From Actinomycetota bacterium (GTDB lineage Bacteria > Actinomycetota > UBA4738 > HRBIN12), in contig DASTPT010000033.1 in NCBI GenBank assembly GCA_035762085.1, positions 292-64,291 of the forward strand: 64,000 nucleotides of DNA, given 5' to 3'. Shown piece by piece: positions 9,867 to 21,898 of the stretch (within the stretch, counting starts at the first letter, position 1; the number at the start of each line of letters is the position of its first letter). Under the pieces are notes generated by a model. That model worked only from the letters and a program-made list of their open reading frames with translations. It did no database searches and was not told the DNA's origin. The position numbers and the translations under genes were made by a program.

Positions 9867-10457
9867 CTACGCAGCGCCCTCGACCCAGACGCTGGTGGAC
9901 GCGATCCCGGTGCAGACGAATACGTCGGCGACGTTCAGGATGCCGTCACCATCGTCCTGCCACATGCCCGTGACACCGGTCACTCCAACGCCAGTATCCG
10001 TTGCGTCGTTCGGCGCCTTGAGTCCGACCTCGACGACGACCTTCTTGGCCGGCTTGCCCTTGTTCGCCACCTGCGTTGAGGTGAAGAACCCCTTCCAGGT
10101 CATTCCAGTCACGTCGCCGAAGGCGAGGCCGTTCGACTCGCATCCGCCGTCCGCGACCAGGGTCGTCGCGAGGTTGTTGGACGAAGGCATCTTGGAGGGT
10201 CCGCCGAACGCGCCATTCGTGCCCCAGGTCGCCTTCCGAACCGTCAGCGCGGCCGGATTGCTGGTACCCACGAGCACGAACTGGTACTCCCTCCACTTCG
10301 TGGTCGACGTGGGGTGGAGGGTGAACTGCGCCTTTGTCGAATCGCCGGCGTTGATCTTCCCCTTGAGCACCGTGAATCCCTGCATCGAGAACAGGCAGGA
10401 TGTCGACAGTAGCGCCAGCACCCCGACCAGCGCCACCACCGCGATCTTCTTCTTCAT
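9867..10457 (-). CDS. Lipoprotein of unknown function.
   Basis: Internal ATG MKKKIAVVALVGVLALLSTSC (lipobox L-S-T-S-C), preceded by GGAGAGGAG RBS. The longer track ORF has an Arg-rich non-signal N-terminus. Confidence 0.6.
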   Translation of the reverse strand: MKKKIAVVALVGVLALLSTSCLFSMQGFTVLKGKINAGDSTKAQFTLHPTSTTKWREYQFVLVGTSNPAALTVRKATWGTNGAFGGPSKMPSSNNLATTLVADGGCESNGLAFGDVTGMTWKGFFTSTQVANKGKPAKKVVVEVGLKAPNDATDTGVGVTGVTGMWQDDGDGILNVADVFVCTGIASTSVWVEGAA

Positions 10458-10572
10458 CCGGACTCCTCTCCCGGCGCTACGCGCGCCGAAGCCCCGACAA
10501 ACGCTTCTCGCGCGGAGCGTGACATTTCCCATGTCACCGCGCAAACTGGCCGAACCCCTACCCCAGACCCCC

Positions 10573-10604
10573 GTTGACCGCCTGGCACTCACGTGGTTAT
10601 CCTG
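10573..10604 (+). promoter_or_regulatory. Putative groES promoter: TTGACC (-35), ~17 bp, then TGGTTATCCT (-10-like), immediately upstream of CIRCE.
   Basis: Read directly from the sequence; assigned from its position relative to CIRCE and groES. Confidence 0.4.
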
Positions 10605-10631
10605 TTAGCACTCACGACCCTGGAGTGCTAA
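10605..10631 (+). promoter_or_regulatory. CIRCE element (HrcA operator): TTAGCACTC-N9-GAGTGCTAA, a perfect match to the consensus.
   Basis: Sequence ttagcactcacgaccctggagtgctaa, 17 bp upstream of the groES start; followed by AAGGAGGGAAGG RBS. Confidence 0.95.
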
Positions 10632-12641
<2,010 letters not shown>

Positions 12642-12658
12642 GATCCGCAGATGGCGAC

Positions 12659-12700
12659 GGGGGGGCCGGGCGTGCCCGGCCCCCTCGTCGTCTTCATCTG
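12659..12700 (+). terminator. Intrinsic terminator after groEL: GGGGGGCCGGG-cgtg-CCCGGCCCCC followed by tcgtcgtcttcatct.
   Basis: 10-11 bp GC stem, 4-nt loop, T-containing tail 18 nt after the groEL stop. Confidence 0.6.
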
Positions 12701-12909
12701 GGCGCCCCGGTGCACCAGGTGCACCAGGACCTTGGACGATCCGGACGCCGGCGGGGCCCTCCGGCCTTCCCGGGCTTGCACCGTTCCTCGGCTGGAGCGA
12801 TGTCCCCGGCGGCGTCCGGTCGTATCCCGACGGTAGGACCGGCCCCTCGCTTATCGCATCCGACCGGGGCCGTATCCCGACTACCGCAAGCGGACGGGCT
12901 CCCGCGGGG

Positions 12910-13308
12910 TCAGTCGGGCTGGCGTTCGAGCCCCGTCTTCGCCATCCCGACGACCAGGCCGATCGCGTAGACGACGGCGGCCCCGCACAGGAACCACCAC
13001 AGGCGCGGCGAGCGGCCGTCCATCGACCCCGCGAACGCCGCGCCGGCGCCGAGCACCGCGATCCCGGCGGCCGTGAACACGAACGCCCAGGAGAACCACC
13101 AGCGCGTCTCGATCTGCACGGCGACGAGGACGTACATCATTGCGAACCCGAACGCCTGGACCGCCGACATCCGCACCCACGCGTACTCCACGAGCGGCAC
13201 CTGGTCGCCGAGCGTCTCGGTCACCCACGCGGGGAACAGCCCGGCCGAGATCGCCCAGGCGAGGAGCCCCGCCGCCTCGAGGTACAGGACCCTGCGCAGG
13301 AGGTTCAC
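12910..13308 (-). CDS. Small integral membrane protein (about 3-4 TM helices), function unknown.
   Basis: GTG start preceded by GGGAGGA RBS. Hydrophobic segments LYLEAAGLLAWAISAGLFPAW, AFGFAMMYVLVAV, WAFVFTAAGIAVLGAGAAFAG, LWWFLCGAAVVYAIGLVVG. The longer track ORF would overlap the neighbouring gene's upstream region. Confidence 0.5.
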   Translation of the reverse strand: MNLLRRVLYLEAAGLLAWAISAGLFPAWVTETLGDQVPLVEYAWVRMSAVQAFGFAMMYVLVAVQIETRWWFSWAFVFTAAGIAVLGAGAAFAGSMDGRSPRLWWFLCGAAVVYAIGLVVGMAKTGLERQPD

Positions 13309-13414
13309 GGCCGCATATCCTCCCAGGTCGCGGCAGGGGCGCCTTGGTAGGATGACCGACCGGGAGCCCCCCACGGGCTCCCGTTCCGTGACCACCCGAC
13401 CCACGAGGGAGCAC

Positions 13415-14812
13415 ATGACCGACACGCCCCGGGTCGCGGTCATCGGGCTGGACTGCGCGACCCCCCAGCTCCTGTTCCGCGACTTCGCCACCGAGACACC
13501 GAACATCCACGAGCTGATGCAGCGCGGAATGCACGGCGACCTCGAGAGCATCACCCCGCCGATCACCGTCCCGGCCTGGGCCTGCGCGATGACCGGCAAG
13601 ACGCCGGGCCAGCTCGGGATCTACGGGTTCCGCAACCGCAAGGACACGACCTACGACGGCCTGTCGATCGCGCACTCGGGCTCGATCAAGGAGCCGGCGG
13701 TCTGGGACCTGCTCGGGCAGAAGGGGCTCCGCTCGATGCTGATCGGCGTGCCGCCCTCGTTCCCGCCGCCGAAGGACTTCCCCGGCTGGCGCGTCGGGTG
13801 CTTCCTCACCCCGGCGTCGGCCGATCGCTGGGCCTACCCGCAGGAGCTCGAGACCGAGATCGTCGAGGAGCTCGGCGGCGAGCACGACTACATCTTCGAC
13901 ATCCCGGACTTCCGCAAGGCCGGGTTCGACGTCGTCCTGGACCAGGTCTTCAAGATGACCGAGCGCCGGTTCCTGGCGGGGCGCCGGCTCGCCCGGACGA
14001 AGCCGTGGGACTTCTTCATGCTGTGCGAGATCGCGCTCGACCGGCTCCACCACGTGTTCTGGCAGCACTGGGACCCGACGCACCCGCTCCACGAGCCGGG
14101 CAACAAGTACGTGACCGCGTTCCAGGAGTACTACCGGTTCCTGGACCAGCAGGTCGCCTCGCTCCTGGAGGTGCTGCCCGAGGACGTCGTCACGATCGTG
14201 ATGAGCGACCACGGCGCTCGTCCGATGATGGGCGGCCTGTGCTTCAACGACTGGCTGATCCGCGAGGGCTACCTGACGCTCGAGGACGAGCCCGAGCAGG
14301 TCATCCCGATCAAGGAGGCCAAGATCGACTGGAGCCGGACCGTCGCGTGGGGCGACGGCGGCTACTACGGCCGCCTGTTCCTGAACGTCAAGGGCCGCGA
14401 GCCGCAGGGCCAGATCGAGCCCGCCCGCTACGAGTCCGTGCGCGATGAGCTGATCCAGAAGCTCGAGGCGCAGACCGGCCCCGACGGCGAGCCGCTCGGC
14501 ACCCGCGTGTTCAAGCCGCAGGACGTCTACCCGGACGTCCGCGGGGTGGCGCCCGACCTGATCGTCTACTTCGGCGACCTGTCGTGGCGCTCGGTCGGCT
14601 CGGTCGGCAACGCGAGCGTCTACACGTACGAGAACGACACCGGCCCGGACGGGGCCAACCACGACCGGGCGGGGATCTTCGCGATGGCGGGCCTGCCCGG
14701 GCAGCGGACGGGCGAGGTGAAGGGCCTGAACCTGATCGACGTCGGCCCCTCGATCCTCAGCCTCTACGGCATCGAGACGCCCGAGGGGGCGGTCGGAAGG
14801 AGCTTCCTGTGA
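13415..14812 (+). CDS. Alkaline-phosphatase-superfamily type I phosphodiesterase/nucleotide pyrophosphatase-like protein, cytoplasmic (no signal peptide).
   Basis: Internal [20 protein letters not shown], preceded by GAGGGAG RBS. Nucleophile/metal motif [16 protein letters not shown] (TxPxxxxxxTG) typical of PF01663-type enzymes. GTGA overlap with the downstream cysC. Confidence 0.7.
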   Translation: MTDTPRVAVIGLDCATPQLLFRDFATETPNIHELMQRGMHGDLESITPPITVPAWACAMTGKTPGQLGIYGFRNRKDTTYDGLSIAHSGSIKEPAVWDLLGQKGLRSMLIGVPPSFPPPKDFPGWRVGCFLTPASADRWAYPQELETEIVEELGGEHDYIFDIPDFRKAGFDVVLDQVFKMTERRFLAGRRLARTKPWDFFMLCEIALDRLHHVFWQHWDPTHPLHEPGNKYVTAFQEYYRFLDQQVASLLEVLPEDVVTIVMSDHGARPMMGGLCFNDWLIREGYLTLEDEPEQVIPIKEAKIDWSRTVAWGDGGYYGRLFLNVKGREPQGQIEPARYESVRDELIQKLEAQTGPDGEPLGTRVFKPQDVYPDVRGVAPDLIVYFGDLSWRSVGSVGNASVYTYENDTGPDGANHDRAGIFAMAGLPGQRTGEVKGLNLIDVGPSILSLYGIETPEGAVGRSFL

Positions 14813-15435
14813 CGCATCAGAAGGGGTTCACCGTGTGGTTCACCGGGCTGTCGGGCTCGGGCAAGTCGACGATCGCGGAGATGCTCTACCACGAGTTCCA
14901 GGCGCGCGGCATGAAGACCGAGATCCTGGACGGCGACGTCGTCCGCCAGAACCTGAGCAAGGGCCTGGGGTTCAGCAAGGAGGACCGCGACACGAACATC
15001 CTGCGGATCGGGTTCGTGGCGAACCTGCTCACGCGGAACGGGGTCGCGGCGATCTGTTGTCCGATCAGCCCCTACAAGGCGACGCGCGACGCGAACCGCG
15101 AGCTGATCGGCGACTTCGTCGAGGTCTACGTGCACGCCACGCTGGAGGAGCTGGCCTCCAACCGCGACCCGAAGGGCCTGTACAAGAAGGCGATGGCGGG
15201 CGAGATCAAGGGCTTCACCGGCGTCGACGACCCGTACGAGGCCCCCGAGGACCCCGAGCTCGTCGTCGACACCATGGTCGAGACCCCCGAGGAGTCCCTC
15301 CAGAACGTGCTCACGAAGCTGAAGGACCTCGGATACCTCGAGGACGACACGAGGCTCGTCGAGGGCGACCGTCTGCACTCCGGGATGACCGACCTGCGGG
15401 TCCACGGCTCGGGGCACGTCGTCAAGGAGCACTGA
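14809..15435 (+). CDS. cysC: Adenylyl-sulfate (APS) kinase.
   Basis: GTG start with GGAAGGAG RBS. P-loop [48 protein letters not shown]-type motif. Confidence 0.9.
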   Translation: MTHQKGFTVWFTGLSGSGKSTIAEMLYHEFQARGMKTEILDGDVVRQNLSKGLGFSKEDRDTNILRIGFVANLLTRNGVAAICCPISPYKATRDANRELIGDFVEVYVHATLEELASNRDPKGLYKKAMAGEIKGFTGVDDPYEAPEDPELVVDTMVETPEESLQNVLTKLKDLGYLEDDTRLVEGDRLHSGMTDLRVHGSGHVVKEH

Positions 15436-15492
15436 GGAACCGTCGCCGCCGCCCTCGGGCGGCGTGGTACCTTCCCCGCATGGAGGACGTCT

Positions 15493-15520
15493 GACGCCCA
15501 CCCGGCAACGGGTGGGCGTC
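15493..15520 (+). promoter_or_regulatory. Perfect 11-bp-stem hairpin GACGCCCACCC-ggcaac-GGGTGGGCGTC between cysC and the guaB-like gene, 23 nt upstream of the ATG.
   Basis: Read directly from the sequence. No U-tract follows, so it is not a classic intrinsic terminator. Confidence 0.45.
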
Positions 15521-15542
15521 GCTGCATCCTGGGGGAGACGCG

Positions 15543-16703
15543 ATGGAGATCGAGATCGGCAAGGGCAAGGCGGCGCGCAGGGCGTACGGGTTCGACGAGG
15601 TCGCGATCGTGCCCTCGCGACGGACGCGAGACCCCGACGACGTCGACATCTCCTGGGAGATCGACGCGTACGCGTTCCCGCTCCCGATGATGGCCAGCGC
15701 GATGGACGCGGCCGTGAGCCCGGCGACCGCGATCGAGGTCGGCCGCCTGGGCGGGCTGGCGTGCCTGAACCTCGAGGGCCTGTGGACGCGGTACGAGGAC
15801 CCCGCGCCCGTCTACGAGGAGATCGCCTCGCTGCCCGACGAGAAGGCGACCCGCCGGATGCAGGAGCTGTACCAGGAGCCGGTGAATGAGGAGCTGATCG
15901 GGCGGCGGATCCAGGAGATCAAGGACGCCGGCGTGACCTCCTGTGCCTCGCTCACGCCGCAGCGGGTGGCCCGGTACCAGCAGCTCGTGCTCGACGCCGG
16001 GCTCGACGTCCTGGTGATCCAGGGCACGGTCGTCTCCGCCGAGCACGTCAGCACGCACTCCGAGCCGCTGAACCTGAAGGAGTTCATCCGCTCGTTCGAC
16101 CTGCCGGTGATCGTGGGCGGCTGCGCGTCGTACACGACGGCGCTCCACCTGATGCGGACGGGGGCGATCGGCGTGCTCGTCGGCGTCGGCCCGGGCAACG
16201 CGTGCACCACGCGCGGTGTCCTCGGCGTGGGCGTCCCGCAAGCGACGGCGATCGCCGACGCCGCGGCCGCTCGGATGGAGCACCTGCGCGAGACCGGCCG
16301 CTACTGCCACGTGATCGCGGACGGCGGGATGCGGACGGGGGGCGACGTCGCGAAGGCGATCGCGTGCGGCGCCGACGCCGTGATGATCGGTTCGCCGCTC
16401 ACGCGCGCGTACGAGGCGCCCGGCCGGGGCTACCACTGGGGGATGGCAACGTTCCACAGCACCCTGCCCCGCGGCGCCCGCGTGAAGACCCAGCAGGTCG
16501 CCAGCCTGGAGGAGATCCTTCTCGGCCCAGCGCACGAGAACGACGGCACGTTCAACCTGTTCGGCGCCCTCCAGACGTCGATGGCCACCACGGGCTACGC
16601 GACGATCAAGGAGTTCCAGAAGGCGGAGCTGGTCGTCGCGCCGTCGATCAAGACCGAGGGCAAGACGTACCAGACCCAGCAGCGGGTGGGGATGGGGCAC
16701 TGA
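15543..16703 (+). CDS. IMP dehydrogenase-family protein (GuaB3-like: TIM-barrel IMPDH catalytic fold without CBS insert).
   Basis: 386 aa. [13 protein letters not shown]..., [65 protein letters not shown]. Confidence 0.8.
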   Translation: MEIEIGKGKAARRAYGFDEVAIVPSRRTRDPDDVDISWEIDAYAFPLPMMASAMDAAVSPATAIEVGRLGGLACLNLEGLWTRYEDPAPVYEEIASLPDEKATRRMQELYQEPVNEELIGRRIQEIKDAGVTSCASLTPQRVARYQQLVLDAGLDVLVIQGTVVSAEHVSTHSEPLNLKEFIRSFDLPVIVGGCASYTTALHLMRTGAIGVLVGVGPGNACTTRGVLGVGVPQATAIADAAAARMEHLRETGRYCHVIADGGMRTGGDVAKAIACGADAVMIGSPLTRAYEAPGRGYHWGMATFHSTLPRGARVKTQQVASLEEILLGPAHENDGTFNLFGALQTSMATTGYATIKEFQKAELVVAPSIKTEGKTYQTQQRVGMGH

Positions 16704-16707
16704 CGGC

Positions 16708-18252
16708 GTGAGCGCGCAGCACCCCCGGCCGGTCCTCGTCGTCGACCTCGGCGCGCAGTACGCCCAGCTGATCGCGCGGCGGGTTCGCGAGTGCCACGTC
16801 TACTCGGAGATCGTCGCGCACGACGCGACGGTCGAGGAGATCCGCGCGCGGCGGCCCGCCGGCCTGATCCTCTCGGGCGGGCCGGCGTCCGTGTACGAGG
16901 AGGGGGCGCCCTCGGTCGATCCGGCGCTGTTCGAGCTCGGCGTGCCGGTCCTCGGGATCTGCTACGGGCACCAGCTCATGGCGCGGACGCTCGGCGGCGA
17001 GGTGGCGGCGACCGGGCAGCGCGAGTACGGGGGCACCACCCTCCACGTGACCGAGCGCGGCACTCTGCTGCTGGACCTGGCGCCCGAGGAGCCCGTCTGG
17101 ATGAGCCACGGCGACGCCGTCACCCGTGCGCCGCACGGCTTCCGGGTCACGGCACGCACGGAGCAGATCCCGATCGCGGCGATGGAGGATCCCGAGCGCG
17201 GCCTGTTCTCCGTGCAGTTCCACCCAGAGGTGGCGCACACGCCGAAGGGGGTCGCCGTGATGAAGCGGTTCCTCTACGACGGCTGCGGCCTGCTGCCCGA
17301 CTGGACGCCCGCGAACGTGATCGAGCGCGGCGTCGAGGCGATCCGTGCACAGGTCGGCGACGCCCGCGTCCTGTGCGCGCTGTCCGGCGGCGTCGACTCG
17401 GCCGTGGCGGCGCTGCTCGTGCACAAGGCGGTGGGGGACCAGCTGACCTGCGTGTTCGTCGACACCGGCCTGCTCCGCGAGGGCGAACCCGAGCAGGTCG
17501 AGGAGACCTTCGGGCGGCACTTCAAGGTGCCGCTCGAGCACGTGAAGGCTGCCGACCGGTTCCTGGCAAGGCTGGCCGGCGTCACCGATCCCGAGGACAA
17601 GCGCAAGCGGATCGGCACCGAGTTCATCCGGGTGTTCGAGGAGGTGGCGCGCGAGCACGCGGACGCAAGGTTCCTCGTGCAGGGCACGCTGTACCCGGAC
17701 GTGATCGAGTCGGGGTCGAAGACGGCGGCCACGATCAAGAGCCATCACAACGTCGGCGGGCTGCCCGAGGAGATGGACCTCGAGCTCGTCGAGCCGCTGC
17801 GCGACCTGTTCAAGGACGAGGTCCGTCGCGTCGGCGCCGAGCTCGGCCTGCCCGAGGAGATCGTCCAGCGCCAGCCGTTCCCCGGCCCCGGGCTCGCCGT
17901 GCGGATCGTGGGCGAGGTCACATCGGAGACGCTCGCGATGGTCCGGGGTGCCGACCACATCGTGCGGGAGGAGATCAGGCGCGCCGGCCTGGAGCGCGAG
18001 ACCTGGCAGGCGTTCTGCGTCCTGTTGGCCGAGGTCCGGAGCGTCGGCGTGATGGGCGACGGGCGCACGTACGAGCATCCGGTGATCCTGCGCGCCGTCA
18101 CGAGCGAGGACGCGATGACCGCCGACTGGGCGCGGCTGCCGCACGAGGTCCTGGACCGGATCGCGAGCCGCGTGATCCGCGAGGTCCCCGGCGTGAACCG
18201 TGTCGCGTACGACGTGACGAGCAAGCCCCCCGGCACGATCGAATGGGAGTGA
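16708..18252 (+). CDS. guaA: GMP synthase (glutamine-hydrolysing).
   Basis: 514 aa. GATase (GICYGHQL) plus ATP-PPase SGGVDSAV and the C-terminal dimerisation domain ending TIEWE. Confidence 0.95.
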   Translation: MSAQHPRPVLVVDLGAQYAQLIARRVRECHVYSEIVAHDATVEEIRARRPAGLILSGGPASVYEEGAPSVDPALFELGVPVLGICYGHQLMARTLGGEVAATGQREYGGTTLHVTERGTLLLDLAPEEPVWMSHGDAVTRAPHGFRVTARTEQIPIAAMEDPERGLFSVQFHPEVAHTPKGVAVMKRFLYDGCGLLPDWTPANVIERGVEAIRAQVGDARVLCALSGGVDSAVAALLVHKAVGDQLTCVFVDTGLLREGEPEQVEETFGRHFKVPLEHVKAADRFLARLAGVTDPEDKRKRIGTEFIRVFEEVAREHADARFLVQGTLYPDVIESGSKTAATIKSHHNVGGLPEEMDLELVEPLRDLFKDEVRRVGAELGLPEEIVQRQPFPGPGLAVRIVGEVTSETLAMVRGADHIVREEIRRAGLERETWQAFCVLLAEVRSVGVMGDGRTYEHPVILRAVTSEDAMTADWARLPHEVLDRIASRVIREVPGVNRVAYDVTSKPPGTIEWE

Positions 18253-18932
18253 CCCGGCTCCGACGCTCGCCGCCCGCGCTCGCCGCCGCGCTGCTCGTCC
18301 TGGTCTCGGCGGCGTGCACCCGGGGTTCCGAGCCGGCCTCGGCCGCGTCGGGCTCGCCGGCCGCGACGTCGCCGAGCCCGACGCCGTCGCCGTCGCCGGA
18401 GGGCGACGAGGTCCGCACCGCGGTCGGCGGCGTCTCGACCGTCCGTCGCGAGGTCGTCCTGCCGCCCGAGCTGCTGCCGTACCCTTACACGACGCCCACG
18501 CCCGCGCCCGAGCGCACGGAGCTGGACGGCACGTACATCCGCATCCTGACGTTCGAGGAGGCCGGCGGCTTCCGGTACGCGATCCCGCGCCGGTGCCTGC
18601 GCTGCATCCCGTACAAGCTCGACCCCGGCGTCCACACCCTCGTGATCCACGAGGGCGCGTTCTACGTGAACCATCAGCTCTCGGGATTCACGGATCTCGG
18701 CCACGTCCAGATCGAGGCCGAGCGCGCGGCCTTCTTCAACGATCCGATCTGCCCCCAGGCCCGCGGGGTCTACACCTGGACGCTCGACGGCAGGGAGCTG
18801 CGCCTCTCGCTCGTCGACGACCCGTGCTTCCCGGGCCGGGCCGAGGACCTCACGTTCTCGCCGTGGATCCGCGTGAACCCGTGCGTGTATCGGATCGACG
18901 ACCTCTGGCCGGCCGCGCTCGGCTGCGTCTGA
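18243..18932 (+). CDS. Lipoprotein of unknown function (Pro/Ser-rich linker then Cys-containing domain).
   Basis: [25 protein letters not shown] lipobox. Start overlaps the guaA stop (alternative GTG at 18249). Confidence 0.55.
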   Translation: MGVTRLRRSPPALAAALLVLVSAACTRGSEPASAASGSPAATSPSPTPSPSPEGDEVRTAVGGVSTVRREVVLPPELLPYPYTTPTPAPERTELDGTYIRILTFEEAGGFRYAIPRRCLRCIPYKLDPGVHTLVIHEGAFYVNHQLSGFTDLGHVQIEAERAAFFNDPICPQARGVYTWTLDGRELRLSLVDDPCFPGRAEDLTFSPWIRVNPCVYRIDDLWPAALGCV

Positions 18933-18975
18933 GGGATCGGGCGGGCGCGGCGGTCGGGGGCGACCGAACCGAAGC

Positions 18976-19644
18976 TCAGGCGCTCACGCGCTCGGCGAAC
19001 ACGACCAGCCGCTGGGCCGCCGAGAACCGCGGGTTGCACGTCGTGAGCACGAGCGTCGGCTCCTTCGTCTGGTCGAGGACCCATCCCTCGGACGGCAGGA
19101 TGATCTGGCGGCGTGTGACCCGGTACTCGAACACCCCGTACTCGGTCTCCAGCGTGATGCGGTCGCCCTCGCGGAGCCTGTCCAGGTCCCAGAACGGCGC
19201 GCCGTACGTGGTGCGGTGCCCGGCGATGCCCACGCGCCCCCTGTCCTCCCACGGGTACGCCGTCTGCGTGTAGTGGCCGGGGCCCTTCTTCAGGGCCTCG
19301 GTGCCGGTGCCTTCGACCACGACCATGTCCAGATCCATCCGCGGGATCACGAGGATCGCGACCGCCCTGCCCGGCACCTTGACGACCTCGTCCGCGGACG
19401 GTCCCGCCGAGGGATCCAGGGTCGCGACGCTGCCCTCGAAGCCCTCGCGCAGGTCGGACTGCGCCCGGCTCGTGGTGAGCCCCGTGCCCCACAGCAGCCA
19501 CCCGAGGTAGCCGCCGATCGAGAGCGCGGCCAGCAGGAACAGGACGCCGACGACCCGCAGGACGCGGCCCCGATGGCCGCGGCGGCGCGGGGCCGTCCCG
19601 GCCTGGGGGAGCGCGTCGTCGGCGACGGTCGGTGAGCCCTGCAT
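18976..19644 (-). CDS. Class E sortase (transpeptidase).
   Basis: 222 aa. N-terminal TM anchor, TLVLTTCNP (TLxTC) active-site motif, HYTQTAYP...GHRTTYGAPF. Confidence 0.85.
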   Translation of the reverse strand: MQGSPTVADDALPQAGTAPRRRGHRGRVLRVVGVLFLLAALSIGGYLGWLLWGTGLTTSRAQSDLREGFEGSVATLDPSAGPSADEVVKVPGRAVAILVIPRMDLDMVVVEGTGTEALKKGPGHYTQTAYPWEDRGRVGIAGHRTTYGAPFWDLDRLREGDRITLETEYGVFEYRVTRRQIILPSEGWVLDQTKEPTLVLTTCNPRFSAAQRLVVFAERVSA

Positions 19645-19708
19645 CGTTCCAGTGTCGCAGAGTTCGGCCCCGAACTTGAGGGTCGCGAGGGCCCCCTAGA
19701 ATCTCCTC

Positions 19709-21898
19709 GTGGCCACCGTTTCCCCCCTGCTCGAGTCCCTGAACCCCGTTCAGAGCGAGGCCGTCCTGCACACCGAGGGGCCGGTCCTGATCGTCGCGGG
19801 CGCGGGATCGGGCAAGACCCGGGCGCTCACCCACCGGATCGCGTACCTGATCCGCGAGCACGGGGTGAGCCCGTACGCGATCCTCGCGATCACGTTCACG
19901 AACAAGGCCGCGCGCGAGATGGCCGAGCGCGTCGAGGGCCTCCTCGGCCAGCGCATCGCGAGCGGCATGTGGATCCTGACGTTCCACTCGGCGTGCGCCC
20001 GGATCCTCCGCCGCGAGCACGAGCACCTCGGCCTGCCGAGCAGCTTCACGATCTACGACGACGGCGACACCGAGCGCCTGATCGCCGGTGTCCTGAGGGA
20101 CCTGAACCTGGATCCGAAGCGCTTCCCGCCCCGCGCGATGGCCGCCGCGATCGGTCGGGCGAAGGACCACGTGGTCTCGGCCGGCGAGTTCGCGGGGGCG
20201 GCCGGCAACTTCTACGAGCAGACGATCGCGAGGGTCTACGCGGCCTACGAGGAGCGCAAGCTCGCGGCGGGCGCGCTCGACTTCGACGACCTCATCGCGG
20301 AGGTCGTGCGGCTGTTCCGCGAGCATCCCCCCGTGCTCGAGCACTATCAGGAGTGGTTCCGCTACATCCTGGTGGACGAGTACCAGGACACGAACCGCGC
20401 GCAGTACCAGCTGGTGAACCTGCTGGCGGCGAAGTACCGGAACGTCTGCGTGGTGGGCGACGCCGATCAGGGCGTGTACTCGTGGCGCGGCGCGACGATC
20501 CAGAACCTCCTTGACTTCGAGCGCGACTACCCCGACGCCGCGGTGTTCCTGATGGAGCAGAACTACCGCTCCACGTCGAACATCCTGGCGGTCGCGAACG
20601 CGCTGATCCAACACAACCTCCAGCGGAAGCCGAAGAGCCTGTGGACCGAGACCGAGGGCGGCGAGCTCGCGGTCCGCTTCCGCGCCGACAACGAGCACGA
20701 GGAGGCGCTGTTCGTCGCCGAGGAGACGCACCGGCTCGTCGAGGAGGAGGGGTTCCGGTACGCGGAGGTCGCCGTGTTCTACCGGACGAACGCGCAGAGC
20801 CGCGTGCTCGAGGACGTGTTCATGCGGGCCGGCACGCCCTACCGGGTGGTCGGCGGCGTCCGGTTCTACCAGCGCAAGGAGATCAGGGACGTGCTCGCGT
20901 ACCTGCGGGTCCTCGTGAACCCGCAGGACGTGATCGGCGCCCGGCGGGTCGTCAACACGCCGAAGCGCGGGATCGGCGACCAGACCGTCGCGGCGCTCGA
21001 GGGCTTCGCGGCCGTCGAGGCGATCTCGTTCCTGGAAGCCTGCCGGCGCGTGGACGAGATCGCCACGCTCCAGCCGCGGGCGAAGGGCGCGGTCGCGGGG
21101 TTCGTCGGCGTGATGGACCGCCTCCACGAGGCGCTCGACTCCGGCGCCGGACCGCAGCGCATGGTCGAGGCCGCCGCGACCGAGTCGGGCTACCTGCTCG
21201 AGCTCGAGGCCGAGCGCACCGTCGAGGCCGAGGGACGGATCGAGAACATCCGGGAGCTCGGCGGCGTGGCGGCCGAGTTCGAGGCACGGTTCCCCGGGGG
21301 GGAGCTCACGGACTTCCTCGAGTCCATCTCGCTGGTCTCGGAGCAGGACGAGTACGACGAGGAAGCGGGCAGCGTCACGCTCATGACGCTGCACATCGCG
21401 AAGGGGCTGGAGTTCCCGGTCGTGTTCATCATCGGGATGGAGGACGGCGTCTTCCCCCACTACCGCTCGATGGGGGACCAGGCCGAGCTGGAGGAGGAGC
21501 GTCGGCTCGCCTACGTCGGCATCACCCGGGCGCAGCGACGTCTCTACCTGTGCCACGCGTGGAGCCGCACGCTGTTCGGGACGACCTCGTACAACCCGCC
21601 GTCGCGGTTCCTCGGCGAGATCCCGGGCGAGCTCCTGCGGTCGCTCGAGGGCGATGAGGAGGAGGGAGGGTCGATCATCGGGGCCGGTGGGCGCTCCCCC
21701 ATCCGCGAGGCCGTGATCACCGGCCGGCGCGAGCCGTTGCAGATCGGCGCCGGCGACACCGTCCTGCACGACAAGTGGGGGGAAGGGGTGGTCCTGGACG
21801 TGAGCGGCATGGGCGCCGACGCCGAGGCGACCGTTCGCTTCGAGGAGGCGGGGGAGAAACGGCTCCTGTTGGCGTACGCTCCGCTCCGCAAGGGATGA
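19709..21898 (+). CDS. pcrA: ATP-dependent DNA helicase PcrA/UvrD family.
   Basis: 729 aa. LIVAGAGSGKTRALTHRIAYL, ILAITFTNKAAREM, helicase motifs throughout. GTG start with TAGAAT hexamer 6 nt upstream and no RBS. Confidence 0.92.
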   Translation: MATVSPLLESLNPVQSEAVLHTEGPVLIVAGAGSGKTRALTHRIAYLIREHGVSPYAILAITFTNKAAREMAERVEGLLGQRIASGMWILTFHSACARILRREHEHLGLPSSFTIYDDGDTERLIAGVLRDLNLDPKRFPPRAMAAAIGRAKDHVVSAGEFAGAAGNFYEQTIARVYAAYEERKLAAGALDFDDLIAEVVRLFREHPPVLEHYQEWFRYILVDEYQDTNRAQYQLVNLLAAKYRNVCVVGDADQGVYSWRGATIQNLLDFERDYPDAAVFLMEQNYRSTSNILAVANALIQHNLQRKPKSLWTETEGGELAVRFRADNEHEEALFVAEETHRLVEEEGFRYAEVAVFYRTNAQSRVLEDVFMRAGTPYRVVGGVRFYQRKEIRDVLAYLRVLVNPQDVIGARRVVNTPKRGIGDQTVAALEGFAAVEAISFLEACRRVDEIATLQPRAKGAVAGFVGVMDRLHEALDSGAGPQRMVEAAATESGYLLELEAERTVEAEGRIENIRELGGVAAEFEARFPGGELTDFLESISLVSEQDEYDEEAGSVTLMTLHIAKGLEFPVVFIIGMEDGVFPHYRSMGDQAELEEERRLAYVGITRAQRRLYLCHAWSRTLFGTTSYNPPSRFLGEIPGELLRSLEGDEEEGGSIIGAGGRSPIREAVITGRREPLQIGAGDTVLHDKWGEGVVLDVSGMGADAEATVRFEEAGEKRLLLAYAPLRKG

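Noticed and set aside
12701-12760. Possible CRISPR or tandem repeat (GTGCACCAG x2; CGTATCCCGAC x2).
   Set aside because: There are only two copies of very short units, with no regular spacer architecture and no cas genes. It is reported instead as a candidate structured RNA.
18976-19644. Link between the class E sortase and the three secreted propeller paralogs as substrates.
   Set aside because: None of the paralogs, nor the adjacent lipoproteins, ends with an LAxTG/LPxTG sorting signal plus hydrophobic tail. The sortase substrates are not in this window.
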